Positions 19,567 to 30,153 are shown, numbered from the stretch's first letter. The stretch is DNA of 55,190 nucleotides from an uncultured Achromobacter sp. (GCA_913775005.1 CAJYKY010000383.1:1-55190); one strand, 5' to 3'. Translations and numbers: made by a program. Notes: generated from the letters alone by a model not told the origin.

Positions 19567-19626
19567 AGCGGGACTCAGCAAGCGAAGGGTGCGAAAAATG
19601 CGAAAGAGGAAATAGCGGCGACGGCA

Positions 19627-20229
19627 TCAACGCGGGTTGCCGCCTTGCCGCGTCACATCGGCCAGCCACTGCGCCAACTGATCAGCGGCCTCGTCGGTGG
19701 CTTGGCGCAACGCGGCCACGCCGCCGGCGGCGTCCTGCGTGGGCGCGGGCGCCTGGACCTGGATGCGCTTCTGGTCGACGACGTTACGGCCATTGAGCAG
19801 CACCGCCTGCAACAGCACACGGCCCTCGCTGGACTGGCCGTCTTCGGCGTAGACCTGTTCAAACTGCATCAGCGACAACTGCAACTGCGGCATCTGAAGA
19901 TTGACACGGTCCGCCAGTACCGGCCCTTGGCGCGACAGGCGGTCGGTGATGCGTTGCCGCACCAGCTCGCTGGGCGACGAAGCCCAGCGGAACGTGGCGT
20001 AGGCCTTGGGCGCGGCGCTATCGCCCACGCGCCAGATCATGCTGGTGTCGGATAGCGCCGGCGCGGCCTGCAAGCTGAGCGCGATGGGCGCGCGCGCGGG
20101 CAAGGCAGGCACGGGCTTGGCGTCCAGCCCCAGGTCAAAGACCGACGGCGGTGACGCCACGCGGCCAATGCCGCAACCGGCCAGCACGGTGGTCAACGTC
20201 AAGATCAACAAAGCGCGGCGCATCTTCAT
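19627..20229 (-). CDS. ABC-type transport auxiliary lipoprotein (PqiC-like)
   Basis: Lipobox LAGC; RWASSPSEL; last gene of the MCE operon. Confidence 0.8.
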   Translation of the reverse strand: MKMRRALLILTLTTVLAGCGIGRVASPPSVFDLGLDAKPVPALPARAPIALSLQAAPALSDTSMIWRVGDSAAPKAYATFRWASSPSELVRQRITDRLSRQGPVLADRVNLQMPQLQLSLMQFEQVYAEDGQSSEGRVLLQAVLLNGRNVVDQKRIQVQAPAPTQDAAGGVAALRQATDEAADQLAQWLADVTRQGGNPR

Positions 20230-21182
20230 TTGGGCTGTCTCCCGAAACCGGCAAAACCGGCTTCGCCGGGTCCGGGCGCAACAGGCGCCGGGCCGAACAA
20301 GAATGATTGCGGCGTGCTGTCCACACGGCGCAGGGTAACGGTGGCGCCGCGCGCAGCCGCACTGACGTTCGCCGCCATGTTGGTGACGGCGGGCAGGGTT
20401 TCGCCATCGAGCCGCGCGGCGGCCAGCGCGATGTCGTTGAGGCTGCGCGTGGCCACCGACAGCGGGCCGTCGGGCGCGTTCAGACGCGCCAGCGCCTGGC
20501 GCGACTGCTGCGCCAGATCTGCAATTTCGCGCGCGGCGCGGTCGGCCTGGCGCGACGTGCTGCCCAGCGAATCCACCAGCGGGCCAAGCTTGGCCAGGGT
20601 GGGGCCGAGGTCACGGCTGGCGTCGCGCAAGGATTGCGTGATGTCGGTCGCGTTTTGCAGGCTGGCCGTCAGCGCTTGCACGTTTTGCTCGCTCAGCACG
20701 CGGCGCAGCTGCTCGGTGGCTTCTTCCACATTGGAAATCAGCTTGCCGCCGCGCTGCTCGATGCGGTCCAGAAAGCCCGGCCGCAGCGGAATAGCCGCCG
20801 GATGTTCAGCCGACGATGCCAGCCGTACGATCGACGAGCCATCGTCGCGCAATTCCACGTTCGCCATGCCCGTCACGCCCTGCACGCCCAGCTCGGCCCA
20901 GGTGGATTCGGTGATGGGTGTGTTGGGCGCCACGCCGATGCGGATGCGCACCTGGCCGGGTTTGTCGGGGTTCAGCGCCAGCGACTGCACTTTGCCCACC
21001 GGCACGCCCTGGTAGCGCACGGCCGATTGCGGGTTCAAGCCGCTGACGGCCGTGGCCGACACGATTTCGTAGGGTTTCAGCTGGGTCCGGTCCCGGCCGA
21101 TCCAGATGGCCACCAGCACGGCGGCGGCCAGCAAGACCAGCGTGAAGATACCGGCCATGAGCGCATGACTACGGTTTTCCAT
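20226..21182 (-). CDS. MCE/MlaD family protein
   Basis: N-terminal TM, VSGLNPQSAVRYQGVPVGKV, helical C-terminus. Confidence 0.88.
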   Translation of the reverse strand: MENRSHALMAGIFTLVLLAAAVLVAIWIGRDRTQLKPYEIVSATAVSGLNPQSAVRYQGVPVGKVQSLALNPDKPGQVRIRIGVAPNTPITESTWAELGVQGVTGMANVELRDDGSSIVRLASSAEHPAAIPLRPGFLDRIEQRGGKLISNVEEATEQLRRVLSEQNVQALTASLQNATDITQSLRDASRDLGPTLAKLGPLVDSLGSTSRQADRAAREIADLAQQSRQALARLNAPDGPLSVATRSLNDIALAAARLDGETLPAVTNMAANVSAAARGATVTLRRVDSTPQSFLFGPAPVAPGPGEAGFAGFGRQPK

Positions 21183-22008
21183 GATGCAATCCCTTCGGCG
21201 CCAGATCCCCAAGCGCGCGCAAGCCGCGTTCGCCCAGGAAGAATGTGTGAATGAACGGGTGGTCGACCTTCAATACTTCCGGCACCGTGTCGCACACGAT
21301 CACCCGCTTGTCCGCCAGCACGGCGACACGCGTGGCCAACGCCAGCAGCGTGTCCAGATCGTGCGTCACCATGACGACGGTAAATCCCAACTGCCGGTGC
21401 AGGCTGCGCACCAGGTCCACAAATTCGTCCGAACGCAGCGGGTCCAGGCCCGCCGTGGGTTCGTCCAGAAACAGAAGCTCGGGGTCCAGCGACAGCGCGC
21501 GCGCCAGCGCCACGCGCTTGACCATGCCGCCGGACAGGTCCGAGGGCCGCTTGTCGGCATCCTTGGCGGTCAGCCCCACCATGGCAAGGCGGCACATGAC
21601 GACATCGCGCACCAGGTCTTCCGGCACCGTGCGCAATTCGCGCAGCGGCAGCGCCACGTTGTCGAAGACGGACAGCGCCGAGAACAAGGCCCCCGCCTGG
21701 AACAGCATGCCCCAACGATACGACAGGCGCCGGCGCTCGCTGGGCGACAGGTCGAACAGCGAATGCCCCAGCACTTTCACCATGCCGGCGGCGGGCCGGT
21801 CCAGGCCGATGATCTGGCGCAGCAGCACCGTCTTGCCCGTTCCCGATCCGCCCACCAGCACCAGGATTTCCCCGGGGAAGACGGTCAGGTCCAGGTTGTC
21901 GTGCACCACGTGGTCACCAAACGCGGTGCGCAAGCCGCGCACCGAGATAACGGGTTCGACGGTGACGCTGTCGTCCGTGAACAGGCGATGTTGAGCAGTG
22001 CCGTTCAT
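21169..22008 (-). CDS. ABC ATPase (MlaF/Ttg2A-like)
   Basis: GGSGTGKT, LSGGMVKR, LFLDEPTAGLDP. Confidence 0.92.
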   Translation of the reverse strand: MNGTAQHRLFTDDSVTVEPVISVRGLRTAFGDHVVHDNLDLTVFPGEILVLVGGSGTGKTVLLRQIIGLDRPAAGMVKVLGHSLFDLSPSERRRLSYRWGMLFQAGALFSALSVFDNVALPLRELRTVPEDLVRDVVMCRLAMVGLTAKDADKRPSDLSGGMVKRVALARALSLDPELLFLDEPTAGLDPLRSDEFVDLVRSLHRQLGFTVVMVTHDLDTLLALATRVAVLADKRVIVCDTVPEVLKVDHPFIHTFFLGERGLRALGDLAPKGLHHGKP

Positions 22009-23144
22009 CAGATGCCCACCGAGCTGAAGATGATGGCGTACAGCGCATCAAGCAGGATGACGCCCGTGATGGACGTGACGACGGAGGTGGTGGTGCCGCG
22101 CCCCAGGCTTTCGGTATTGGGCTGGATGCGCAGGCCGAAGTGGCACGCGATCAACGCGATCAGGATGCCGAAAGTCACGCCTTTCAGCATGCCGATCCAG
22201 TAGTTGGTCAGGGAAATGGCGTCGGGCAACGAACTCAGGAACCATTGCGCCGACACGCCCAACTGCATTTGCGCAGCGATCATGCCGCCCAGCAGCGCCA
22301 TCGCGCCCGTCCACAGCACCAGCAGCGGCATAGTGACCGCCAACGCCAGCACGCGCGGCAGGATCAGCCGCTGCCCGTGTGAAATGCCCATGACGAGCAT
22401 CGCGTCCAGTTCCTGCGTGACCCGCATCACACCGATCTGCGCGGTGATGGCCGAACCCGACCGGCCCGCTACCAGAATGGCTGCCAGCACCGGGCCCAGT
22501 TCGCGCACGATGGACACGCCCAGCAGCCGCACGATGAAGCGGTCTGCGCCAATCATCTGTAATTGCTGCGCCGACAGATACGACAGCACCACGCCAATCA
22601 GGAAACCCACCAGCGCCGTGATGCCCAGCGCCTGCGCGCCGGTGCGGTAGATTTGCGCCGAGATCTCGCGCCAGGGTCCCAGGCGCGGGCGGCGCAGCAT
22701 GCCGCCCAGGTCCAGGATCAGCTGGCCCAGCATGATGAGCAGCGCCCGGCCGTTTTCGGCCGCCCGGAAGATCGCGCCGCCCAGCGCGCGGATCCAGCCC
22801 CAGGATTCCGTCTTGACGGGCGGGGCATGCATTTCGCCCTTGTTCATGGCGAGCGTGTTGAACACGTCGTGCTGGCCGGCCGACCAGCGCACGCGCTCGG
22901 GCAGCTTTTCGCCCCAGGCCTGCCAGATCAGCAGCGCGCCGATGGTGTCCAGCCGGCTGATGCCGTGCATGTCCCAGCGTGCGCCATTACGGGCCGCGTC
23001 CGCCATGGCGGTGCGCCGGCGCTCTACCTCGCCGGGTTCGGCCAGGGCCAGCACGCTCCAGTCGCCCGCCACATGGCAGACGTTCCCGTCCTGGCGGAAC
23101 GGGGCGGCGGCGGCAGCGGACGCGGGCAAAGCGGAATGCGGCAT
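22008..23144 (-). CDS. MlaE-family permease with N-terminal STAS-like domain
   Basis: RELGPVLAAILVAGRSGSAITAQIG, GRGTTTSVV; start uncertain. Confidence 0.9.
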   Translation of the reverse strand: MPHSALPASAAAAAPFRQDGNVCHVAGDWSVLALAEPGEVERRRTAMADAARNGARWDMHGISRLDTIGALLIWQAWGEKLPERVRWSAGQHDVFNTLAMNKGEMHAPPVKTESWGWIRALGGAIFRAAENGRALLIMLGQLILDLGGMLRRPRLGPWREISAQIYRTGAQALGITALVGFLIGVVLSYLSAQQLQMIGADRFIVRLLGVSIVRELGPVLAAILVAGRSGSAITAQIGVMRVTQELDAMLVMGISHGQRLILPRVLALAVTMPLLVLWTGAMALLGGMIAAQMQLGVSAQWFLSSLPDAISLTNYWIGMLKGVTFGILIALIACHFGLRIQPNTESLGRGTTTSVVTSITGVILLDALYAIIFSSVGI

Positions 23145-23240
23145 GTAGGCGGGGCACCGGTGCAAAAATGTATCGCCAATGATAAACGCTTAGGGGCCGA
23201 AAGACCGCGTGCCGTGGCCGCGTGCCCTACAATCGCCGCC

Positions 23241-24092
23241 ATGTCCGATCACGTCCGCCCTATCGACCTGCCCGCGCCGGAAGCCCTGGCCCGGGAGCTC
23301 GCTTCCCGCCTGCCCGCATTCCAAGACATCACCTGGACCGCCAGCACCGGGTCGACCAACGCCGACCTGCTGGCCCGCGCCCGCTCGGGCGCCGCCGCTG
23401 GCAAACCGTGGCTGCTGGGCACGCATCTTCAGGAAACCGGCCGAGGCCGCGCGGGCCGTCCGTGGCAGAACCGCAGCGGATCCACCCTGATGTTTTCCTG
23501 CGCGTACGACGTCCACCTGCCGGCCGTTCAACTGCCCGCGCTGTCGCCGCTGGCGGGCGTCGCCGCGTGCGAAGCGCTGCGTGCCGTAGCCGGACCCGGC
23601 GCGCATGGGCTGTGCATGAAGTGGCCGAACGACGTGCAATGGCACGATGCCAAGCTGGCGGGCGTGCTGGTCGAAACCACCCGCAACCCCGGCGGGCGCG
23701 ACGCCGGCTACACCGTGGTGATCGGCATGGGCGTGAACTTGCGCGACGCCGAACAATTGTCGCAAACGCTGGGCCGCGACGTGGCCGACTGGCAGCAGGT
23801 AGAGGCCCAAGCGAGCCGGGCCGCTTCGGCCGCCGACCTGATCTGCGCCAGCGCCACCGCCTGGCACGACGCCGTGCTGACACTTGAGCGCGACGGCTTC
23901 GCCGCGTTCCGGCAACGCTTTGACCAGGTGGACGCCCTGGCAGGACGGCAAGTCAACGTGCTGGAGAAAGGCGATATCCTACTGAGCGGTCCCGCCTGTG
24001 GCGTGGACGACCAAGGCCGCCTGCTGGTGCAAACGCCTGACGGCGCCACGCCGATCTCGGTGGGCGAAATTTCGATCCGACGCCAAGCATGA
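23241..24092 (+). CDS. birA: Biotin-[acetyl-CoA carboxylase] ligase
   Basis: [32 protein letters not shown]. Confidence 0.93.
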   Translation: MSDHVRPIDLPAPEALARELASRLPAFQDITWTASTGSTNADLLARARSGAAAGKPWLLGTHLQETGRGRAGRPWQNRSGSTLMFSCAYDVHLPAVQLPALSPLAGVAACEALRAVAGPGAHGLCMKWPNDVQWHDAKLAGVLVETTRNPGGRDAGYTVVIGMGVNLRDAEQLSQTLGRDVADWQQVEAQASRAASAADLICASATAWHDAVLTLERDGFAAFRQRFDQVDALAGRQVNVLEKGDILLSGPACGVDDQGRLLVQTPDGATPISVGEISIRRQA

Positions 24093-24895
24093 TTATTCTT
24101 ATCGACTCCGGCAACAGCCGTCTCAAGGTGGGTTGGCTGGACACCAGCAACCCCGACATGCCGCGCGAACCGGCGGCGGTCGCCTTTGACGGCCTGGACC
24201 TTGACGCGCTGGACGGCTGGCTGGCCGCGCTGCCGCGCCCGCCGCTGCGCGCGCTGGGCGTGAACGTGGCGGGCGAGGCGCGCGGTGCCGCCATCGCTGC
24301 CATTCTGCAAAAACACGGTTGCGCGGTGACGTGGTCGCCGTCGCAGGCAACGACCTTGGGGCTGGTCAACAGCTACCGCGCGCCCACCCAGTTGGGCGCC
24401 GACCGCTGGGCTGCGTTGCTGGGCGTGCTGTCGCGCTTGCCCGGCGCGCATCCGCCCTTCCTCTTGGCCAGCTTCGGCACCGCCACCACCATCGACACCG
24501 TCGGACCCGACAACGTCTTTGCCGGCGGCCTGATCCTGCCCGGCCCGGCCATGATGCGCAACGCGCTGGCCCACGGCACCGCCAACCTGCCCATCGCCAA
24601 CGGCCAGGTCGTGCCCTACCCCATCGACACACACGAGGCCATCGCCTCCGGCATCGCCGCCGCCCAGGCCGGCGCCGTCGTGCGCCAATGGCTGGCGGGC
24701 CGCCAGCGCTACGGCCAGGCGCCGCAAATCTTTGCCGCCGGCGGCGGCTGGTCGGAAGTGCATCAGGAAATTGAACGTCTGCTGGCCGACGCCGGCGGCG
24801 CTTTTGGCGCGGCGCCCGTGCCGGTCTACCTGGACCACCCCGTGCTGGATGGTCTGGCCGCCGTGGCGCGCAGCACCCTGGACCCCCACGCCTGA
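24089..24895 (+). CDS. coaX: Type III pantothenate kinase (Bordetella baf orthologue)
   Basis: [30 protein letters not shown]. Confidence 0.93.
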   Translation: MIILIDSGNSRLKVGWLDTSNPDMPREPAAVAFDGLDLDALDGWLAALPRPPLRALGVNVAGEARGAAIAAILQKHGCAVTWSPSQATTLGLVNSYRAPTQLGADRWAALLGVLSRLPGAHPPFLLASFGTATTIDTVGPDNVFAGGLILPGPAMMRNALAHGTANLPIANGQVVPYPIDTHEAIASGIAAAQAGAVVRQWLAGRQRYGQAPQIFAAGGGWSEVHQEIERLLADAGGAFGAAPVPVYLDHPVLDGLAAVARSTLDPHA

Positions 24896-24908
24896 ACGCG
24901 AGCCCACC

Positions 24909-25073
24909 ATGCGAGTGCTCTTCATCCTGATCCTGCTGGCCAATCTTTGGGTGCTGGCGCTGGGCCAAGGCTGGATAGGCGTGCGGCCCGACGACGAAGG
25001 ACGGGACACGCGCAAGTTCAGTCAGGAATTGAATCCTGGGGCGGTGACGTTGGTGCCGCGAGCGGCCTCGTAA
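24909..25073 (+). CDS. Small membrane-anchored protein (54 aa)
   Basis: MRVLFILILLANLWVLALGQGW; follows coaX by 13 bp. Confidence 0.6.
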   Translation: MRVLFILILLANLWVLALGQGWIGVRPDDEGRDTRKFSQELNPGAVTLVPRAAS

Positions 25074-25245
25074 TAATGGAATGTGGCGCGTAGAATGGCG
25101 CCGCCGCACGCAGCCCCAGGGCGCAATATTATTCTTCCGCCTTGGCGGCCGGTCACCGTGCTGACGCGGCACGCTTAAATTCTGCAAATCACCGGACTGT
25201 CCCAACGACTCCCCGCCCGGCCGGGTAGTCAGCTTAAGGAATGCA

Positions 25246-26595
25246 ATGACATCAGCAGCGCCCAGCCGCAAAGGTTCCACGACGCGCTTCATGTTCGTGT
25301 GGCTGTGCTATTTCCTCATTCTTGCAGCCTACGCAACGCTCGTACACCATCCCGCCGGGCAAGTGGACGCGTTTGCCACCACCGCGCGCGACCTGCTGAA
25401 ATTCATTCCATCGGATCCCGGTAGTTTCATGACGGGCGCCATGGATATCGCCAAAAACGGTTGGATATCCCCCGAAAACAACTGGATCACGAGCTTCTGG
25501 CCACCTGGCTTCCTGCTGATCGAAGCGGGACTGATCAAGCTGATGGGCTTGGATGCGCCGTACTTTGTTTTGGTGCTGCAACTGCTCGCTTGCGCCGCAT
25601 GGGCGGCGGTTCTGGGTCAGTTTCACAAGGTGCTGCGCGCGCTGGTTAATGCGCCGCTGGCCGCTGCGTTGCCGCTGCTGTTGTTCGCCCCGCCGATCGC
25701 CCGCGCGTTCCTGCTGGAACCCGGCCGCGTCATTTACGGCGAAACTTTTTCCATCGCGTTTTTCTTTCTGGGTGTGCTATTTGCACTGCAAGCCTGCGCC
25801 GCCGCCCGCCCTCGCAAGCTGGCCATCGCCGCTGGAGTCAGTATCGGGATCGCTGCGTACTTTCGGTCACAATTCGAGTTGTTTGTTTTAGGCCTGACGT
25901 TTTGGCTGCTAGTAGCATGGCTGTGGAGCATCGTGCGAGCCAAACATCGCCCCGCCAAAGGCCGCTGGATGGGCATTGCCCTGACGCTGGTTATTTCGGC
26001 CCATGTGGTCATGGCCCCCTGGCGGATCTATCACCAAGTCACGATGGGCAGCCCCAAATGGGTCTATACCGAAACGCTGTCTTTCTCGACGTCTGTGATG
26101 AGCCGAGAACACCTGCTCAGCCAGGGCGGCGAGTTCATCGTCGAGGGCGGCGGCGGCCTGACTTGCCGCATCGATCCGACCACTTGCGGCCGGATCGGCG
26201 AGGCGCCCCAATTATTCGTACACACGCTGCTGACGCATCCGCTGGAATGGCACGCGATAAAGTTCGGCATCATCGGCAAGTATTTCTACGCCAGCCAACA
26301 GGATCTGGGCCGGGCCGTGACGCCCGCCACCGCATTGGATACCGTCACGAACATCCTGTTCCTCATCGCCATTATCGTGGCGCTGTGGATGGGGATCGCG
26401 CTGGCTCGGCGCCGTTCAATCTATGCCCCCATCCTGAACTGGACCAACGCCACCATCGTGTCGGCGTATTACCTGATTTTCATGGTGCATCAGTATGAGG
26501 TCCGCTATTTTTATTTCGGCAAGCTATACGCCACGCTGATTGCATTGATCGGGCTGATCTTGTATTTCACGCGCCAGAATCAACAGACAAACTAA
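25246..26595 (+). CDS. Polytopic membrane protein, putative GT-C fold glycosyltransferase
   Basis: Many TM segments; SDPGSF, WPPGF, YGETFS, AAYFRSQF, YEVRYF motifs; context with GtrA/GtrB; RBS AAGGA. Confidence 0.6.
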   Translation: MTSAAPSRKGSTTRFMFVWLCYFLILAAYATLVHHPAGQVDAFATTARDLLKFIPSDPGSFMTGAMDIAKNGWISPENNWITSFWPPGFLLIEAGLIKLMGLDAPYFVLVLQLLACAAWAAVLGQFHKVLRALVNAPLAAALPLLLFAPPIARAFLLEPGRVIYGETFSIAFFFLGVLFALQACAAARPRKLAIAAGVSIGIAAYFRSQFELFVLGLTFWLLVAWLWSIVRAKHRPAKGRWMGIALTLVISAHVVMAPWRIYHQVTMGSPKWVYTETLSFSTSVMSREHLLSQGGEFIVEGGGGLTCRIDPTTCGRIGEAPQLFVHTLLTHPLEWHAIKFGIIGKYFYASQQDLGRAVTPATALDTVTNILFLIAIIVALWMGIALARRRSIYAPILNWTNATIVSAYYLIFMVHQYEVRYFYFGKLYATLIALIGLILYFTRQNQQTN

Positions 26596-26607
26596 GCCGA
26601 AACCGCC

Positions 26608-27642
26608 ATGACAAGCGCAACTGCACCCTCCTCTGCGGACCAGCCCGAGGCCGAAGACTGCGGCCTGGAAGTTTCTATCGTCATTCCCGTTTACCGAAGC
26701 GAATCCATCCTGCCCAAGCTGGTAGCGAAGGTGGCTGAGGTGATGGACGCACTACACCTGTCGAATAGCTTCGAGCTCGTGCTGGTCAACGATTGCAGCC
26801 CGGACAACAGCTGGAAGGTCATCACCGAACAAGCGGCCCAACATACCTTCATCAAGGGCATCTCGCTGCGCAAGAATTTTGGCCAGCACAATGCCGTCAT
26901 GGCAGGCCTGCACCACGCCAAAGGCCGCTTTGTGATCTTGATGGACGATGATCTTCAGCATCCGCCCAGTTCCATCGGCAAACTGCTCGATGCCCTGCGC
27001 TCGGGCTATGACGTCTGCTACACCAATTACGTTGGCCGCCAACACGCGCTGTGGAAAAAAGTTGGCAGCAAATTCAACGACCTGGTCGCCACCTATGCGT
27101 TGCGCAAACCCAAAGGCCTGTATCTGTCGTCATTCAAGGCGCTGCGCCAGGAAGTCGTCCAGGAAGTCATCCGGTACGACGGCCCCTACGCTTACGTGGA
27201 CGGGCTGATCCTGGATGTCACGAATTCGATCACGTCGGTGGACATTGAGCATCAGGCTCGGCTGGAAGGGGAAGGCAATTACAACCTCAGGAAATCCTTG
27301 TCGTTGTGGATGAAGATGCTGACCAGCTTCTCGATCCTGCCGCTGCGCTTTGCGACCTGCGTGGGCTTTGGTATGTCGGCCCTGAGCTTGCTCATGATTC
27401 TGGTGCTTATCGTGCAGAAATTCCTGCACCCTGAATACCCGAGAGGCTGGACGTCGCTGATTGCCACGATTCTGCTGGTGGGCGGTATTCAAACGCTATG
27501 CCTGGGCATGATTGGTGAGTACCTGGGCCGCGCCTACCTGAAGGTGAATCGCAAGCCGCAATTCGTGGTGGCGCGCACCACCTTTGCTCGCAACGCATCA
27601 GCGGTAACGTCCGCAGCCGAACCGGCCCCCGATCATGTCTAG
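26608..27642 (+). CDS. Polyprenol-phosphate glycosyltransferase (GtrB/ArnC-like GT2)
   Basis: VNDCSPDNSW, RKNFGQHNAVMAG, MDDDLQHPP, two C-terminal TM helices, GEYLGR. Confidence 0.88.
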   Translation: MTSATAPSSADQPEAEDCGLEVSIVIPVYRSESILPKLVAKVAEVMDALHLSNSFELVLVNDCSPDNSWKVITEQAAQHTFIKGISLRKNFGQHNAVMAGLHHAKGRFVILMDDDLQHPPSSIGKLLDALRSGYDVCYTNYVGRQHALWKKVGSKFNDLVATYALRKPKGLYLSSFKALRQEVVQEVIRYDGPYAYVDGLILDVTNSITSVDIEHQARLEGEGNYNLRKSLSLWMKMLTSFSILPLRFATCVGFGMSALSLLMILVLIVQKFLHPEYPRGWTSLIATILLVGGIQTLCLGMIGEYLGRAYLKVNRKPQFVVARTTFARNASAVTSAAEPAPDHV

Positions 27643-28036
27643 ATGGAAACACGAAGCGCATCGCATGATGCGTTATGCCATCAGCGGCGGCTTGAACACC
27701 CTGGTTGGCTTTGGCATCATTTTTGCGCTGATGGGGCTGGGCGTCTCGGCGGTTCTGGCCAATGTCATCGGCTACACCGTCGGCTTCATCCAGAGTTTTT
27801 TCTTTTCCAAGAAGTTTGTTTTTCGCAGCGACGGGAAGATGGCCAGCGAAGGGCTGCGCTATCTTTATATGTTCATCATCTGCTTCTTGCTGAACCTGGC
27901 CGTGTTGAAAATTCTGCTGGCGTATGACGTCCGGCCGTTGCTGGCTCAACTTGCGGCCGCGTGCACATATAGCGGCCTGATGTACGTGCTGTCGGCCTGG
28001 CTGGTGTTCCGGCCCAAGCGGCCGTCAGATCTCTAG
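27635..28036 (+). CDS. GtrA-family flippase
   Basis: RYAISGGLNT, ANVIGY, KKFVF, WLVF; four TM segments. Confidence 0.88.
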   Translation: MSRWKHEAHRMMRYAISGGLNTLVGFGIIFALMGLGVSAVLANVIGYTVGFIQSFFFSKKFVFRSDGKMASEGLRYLYMFIICFLLNLAVLKILLAYDVRPLLAQLAAACTYSGLMYVLSAWLVFRPKRPSDL

Positions 28037-28091
28037 CATGACCCCCTCTTTTTCTGGCTTTGCCAACGCAGCATTTCCCCAGGAGATAATA

Positions 28092-28844
28092 ATGATCCAC
28101 CCCTCCGCCATCGTTTCCCCAAACGCGAAGATCGGCAGCAATGTCACGATCGGCCCCTTCACCATCATTCACGACAACGTGCAGATCGGTGACAACAGCA
28201 CCATCGGTTCCAACTGCGAAATCGGCCATCCGACGCCACTGGCCAAAGGCCAGCCCTTGGTGATCGGCGCCAATAGCCTGATCCGTTCGCATAGCGTCTT
28301 TTACGAGGGATCGACATTCGGTGAAAAGCTGGTTACCGGCCACCGCGTCACCGTACGTGAAGGCACCCTCGCCGGAAAGAATCTTCAGATCGGCACGCTC
28401 AGCGATATCCAAGGCACGTGCCAGATTGGCGACTATGTCCGTTTTCATAGCAACGTGCATATTGGCCAGCAGTCGAAGATCGGCAATTACGTGTGGATCT
28501 TCCCGTACGTCGTATTGACCAACGACCCGCATCCGCCCAGCGACATCATGCAAGGCGCGACGCTTGAAGACTATGTCGCCATCGCAACCATGTCGATCAT
28601 TCTGCCCGGCGTCACGGTCAAGCAGGGTGCCCTGGTCGGCGCACACAGCTCGGTCAATCGCGACGTCGAACCCGACAGCGTAGTGGCAGGCAGCCCCGCA
28701 AAATTCATTTGCGAAACCAGCAAGATCAAGCTGAAAGACGGCTCGCAGGCCAGCGCTTATCCGTGGCGCAGGCATTTCCATCGCGGTTATCCCGAGGCGG
28801 TTGTCGCGCAATGGCTCAATGAGTTTCCGCGCAGCGCAAACTGA
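28092..28844 (+). CDS. Left-handed beta-helix N-acetyltransferase, QdtC-like
   Basis: Hexapeptide repeats; TGHRVTVRE, IGTLSDIQ, FPYVVLTNDPHPPS, YPWRRHFHRG resemble QdtC as I recall it; RBS AGGAG at 28081. Confidence 0.8.
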   Translation: MIHPSAIVSPNAKIGSNVTIGPFTIIHDNVQIGDNSTIGSNCEIGHPTPLAKGQPLVIGANSLIRSHSVFYEGSTFGEKLVTGHRVTVREGTLAGKNLQIGTLSDIQGTCQIGDYVRFHSNVHIGQQSKIGNYVWIFPYVVLTNDPHPPSDIMQGATLEDYVAIATMSIILPGVTVKQGALVGAHSSVNRDVEPDSVVAGSPAKFICETSKIKLKDGSQASAYPWRRHFHRGYPEAVVAQWLNEFPRSAN

Positions 28845-28874
28845 TCACACGCCACCACAGGGTGGCGCGTAATC

Positions 28875-30152
28875 TCAGCGCAAAAGCGGAGCAAGGGCGT
28901 GCATCGTGCGCGCGCTTGCTCCGGCGTGGCTTGCCGACCAGGCCCTGGCGGCCTCGCCGATGGTTTGTCGACGCGAGTGATCGGCAAGAAGCTCCAGCGC
29001 TATTTCCACAGCGCCTGACGCGTCCGGCGCACGCAATACTGCACCCGCCGCAATGGCGTCTTCTGCGGCCTGCTGGAAATTGAACGTGTGTGTGCCGACA
29101 ATGGTCGGCACGCCCGCTGCACAAGCTTCGATCAGATTCTGTCCGCCCAAGGGCGCAAAGCTGCCGGCCACGATCGCAACATCGGATGCCGCGTAGTAAA
29201 ACGCCATCTCGCCTAACGTATCGCCAAGCAGCACCGCCGTGTCAGCACCGGGTTCGCCTCCCGCGCCGCGCCTGACGAACGGCAAGCCGGCGCTGGCCAG
29301 AAGCGCGGCGGCTTCATCGAAGCGCTGCGGATGACGCGGGATCAAGATGAATAGCGGTCCACCCGGCGCACCGCCCAGCCGTTTGATCGCGTCGATAAAA
29401 AACGCATCTTCGCCCTCGCGCGTACTGGCGATGCTGATGACGGGCCTGCCCTGACGGGCTCGCCACGATTGGCCATCCTGGACTTGCGCGGCAGGCAGCA
29501 TCAGATCGAACTTCAGGTTGCCGGTGACGATGGGCGTTGGGGCGCCAGCCTGTTCCAGCCGCGCAGCATCCTGTGGCGTCTGCGCCAGCACCCGGTCCAG
29601 ACCGCCAAGCGCCTCGCGCATGACGCTGCCCATTCTTGCCGCCTGACGCAATGAAGAGGCGGAATACCGCGCGCTGACCAGCGCCATCGGCACGCCCGCT
29701 TTCCTGGCGGCAGCCAGCAGATTGGGCCAGATTTCGCGTTCGATCAGCAGTCCGCAACGGGGCCGCCACAAACGCATGAAACGGCGCGTCGCGCCTGGAA
29801 AATCGTAAGGTAGCCAGACTTGGCGCAGTTGCCCGCTGGCGATGGCCTCCGGAAACAAGCGCGCGCCTTCGGTCCGCCCGGTGGCCGTCATGTGGGTCAA
29901 CAGGACCGGCAAGCCTTCGTCTAGCAAGGCTCGCAACAGGGGCTGCGCTGCGCGCGTCTCGCCCAGGCTGACGGCGTGCACCCAAACGGGCGCGGTATCC
30001 GCCGGCGTAGGCATGGATGCAGGCAGCCGGCCAAATCGCTCTGCGGAAAATATTTCCCAGCGGCCCCCGGCGCGACGCGCGCGCTTAGCCATCCAGAGCC
30101 AAATCAGCGGTGCCGCCAACCGTAGCGCCAATGAGTAGACGCCGCGATTCAT
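28875..30152 (-). CDS. waaA: Kdo transferase
   Basis: WVHAVSLGE, EREIWPN, TGNLKFD, PRHPQRF, GGQNLIEA. Confidence 0.95.
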   Translation of the reverse strand: MNRGVYSLALRLAAPLIWLWMAKRARRAGGRWEIFSAERFGRLPASMPTPADTAPVWVHAVSLGETRAAQPLLRALLDEGLPVLLTHMTATGRTEGARLFPEAIASGQLRQVWLPYDFPGATRRFMRLWRPRCGLLIEREIWPNLLAAARKAGVPMALVSARYSASSLRQAARMGSVMREALGGLDRVLAQTPQDAARLEQAGAPTPIVTGNLKFDLMLPAAQVQDGQSWRARQGRPVISIASTREGEDAFFIDAIKRLGGAPGGPLFILIPRHPQRFDEAAALLASAGLPFVRRGAGGEPGADTAVLLGDTLGEMAFYYAASDVAIVAGSFAPLGGQNLIEACAAGVPTIVGTHTFNFQQAAEDAIAAGAVLRAPDASGAVEIALELLADHSRRQTIGEAARAWSASHAGASARTMHALAPLLR

Positions 30153-30153
30153 G

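Noticed and set aside
19627-23144. MCE transporter operon as a novel system
   Set aside because: The MlaE/MlaF/MlaD/PqiC-like four-gene arrangement is a common proteobacterial architecture
22563-23240. Long N-terminal extension of birA (and similar extensions for 7967, 8748, 13682, 38698, 42348, 51909)
   Set aside because: These overlap neighbouring genes or a terminator; downstream starts with ATGA coupling or an RBS fit the family lengths
25246-28844. Prophage-borne serotype conversion cassette
   Set aside because: No integrase, tRNA target, att repeats or phage genes seen
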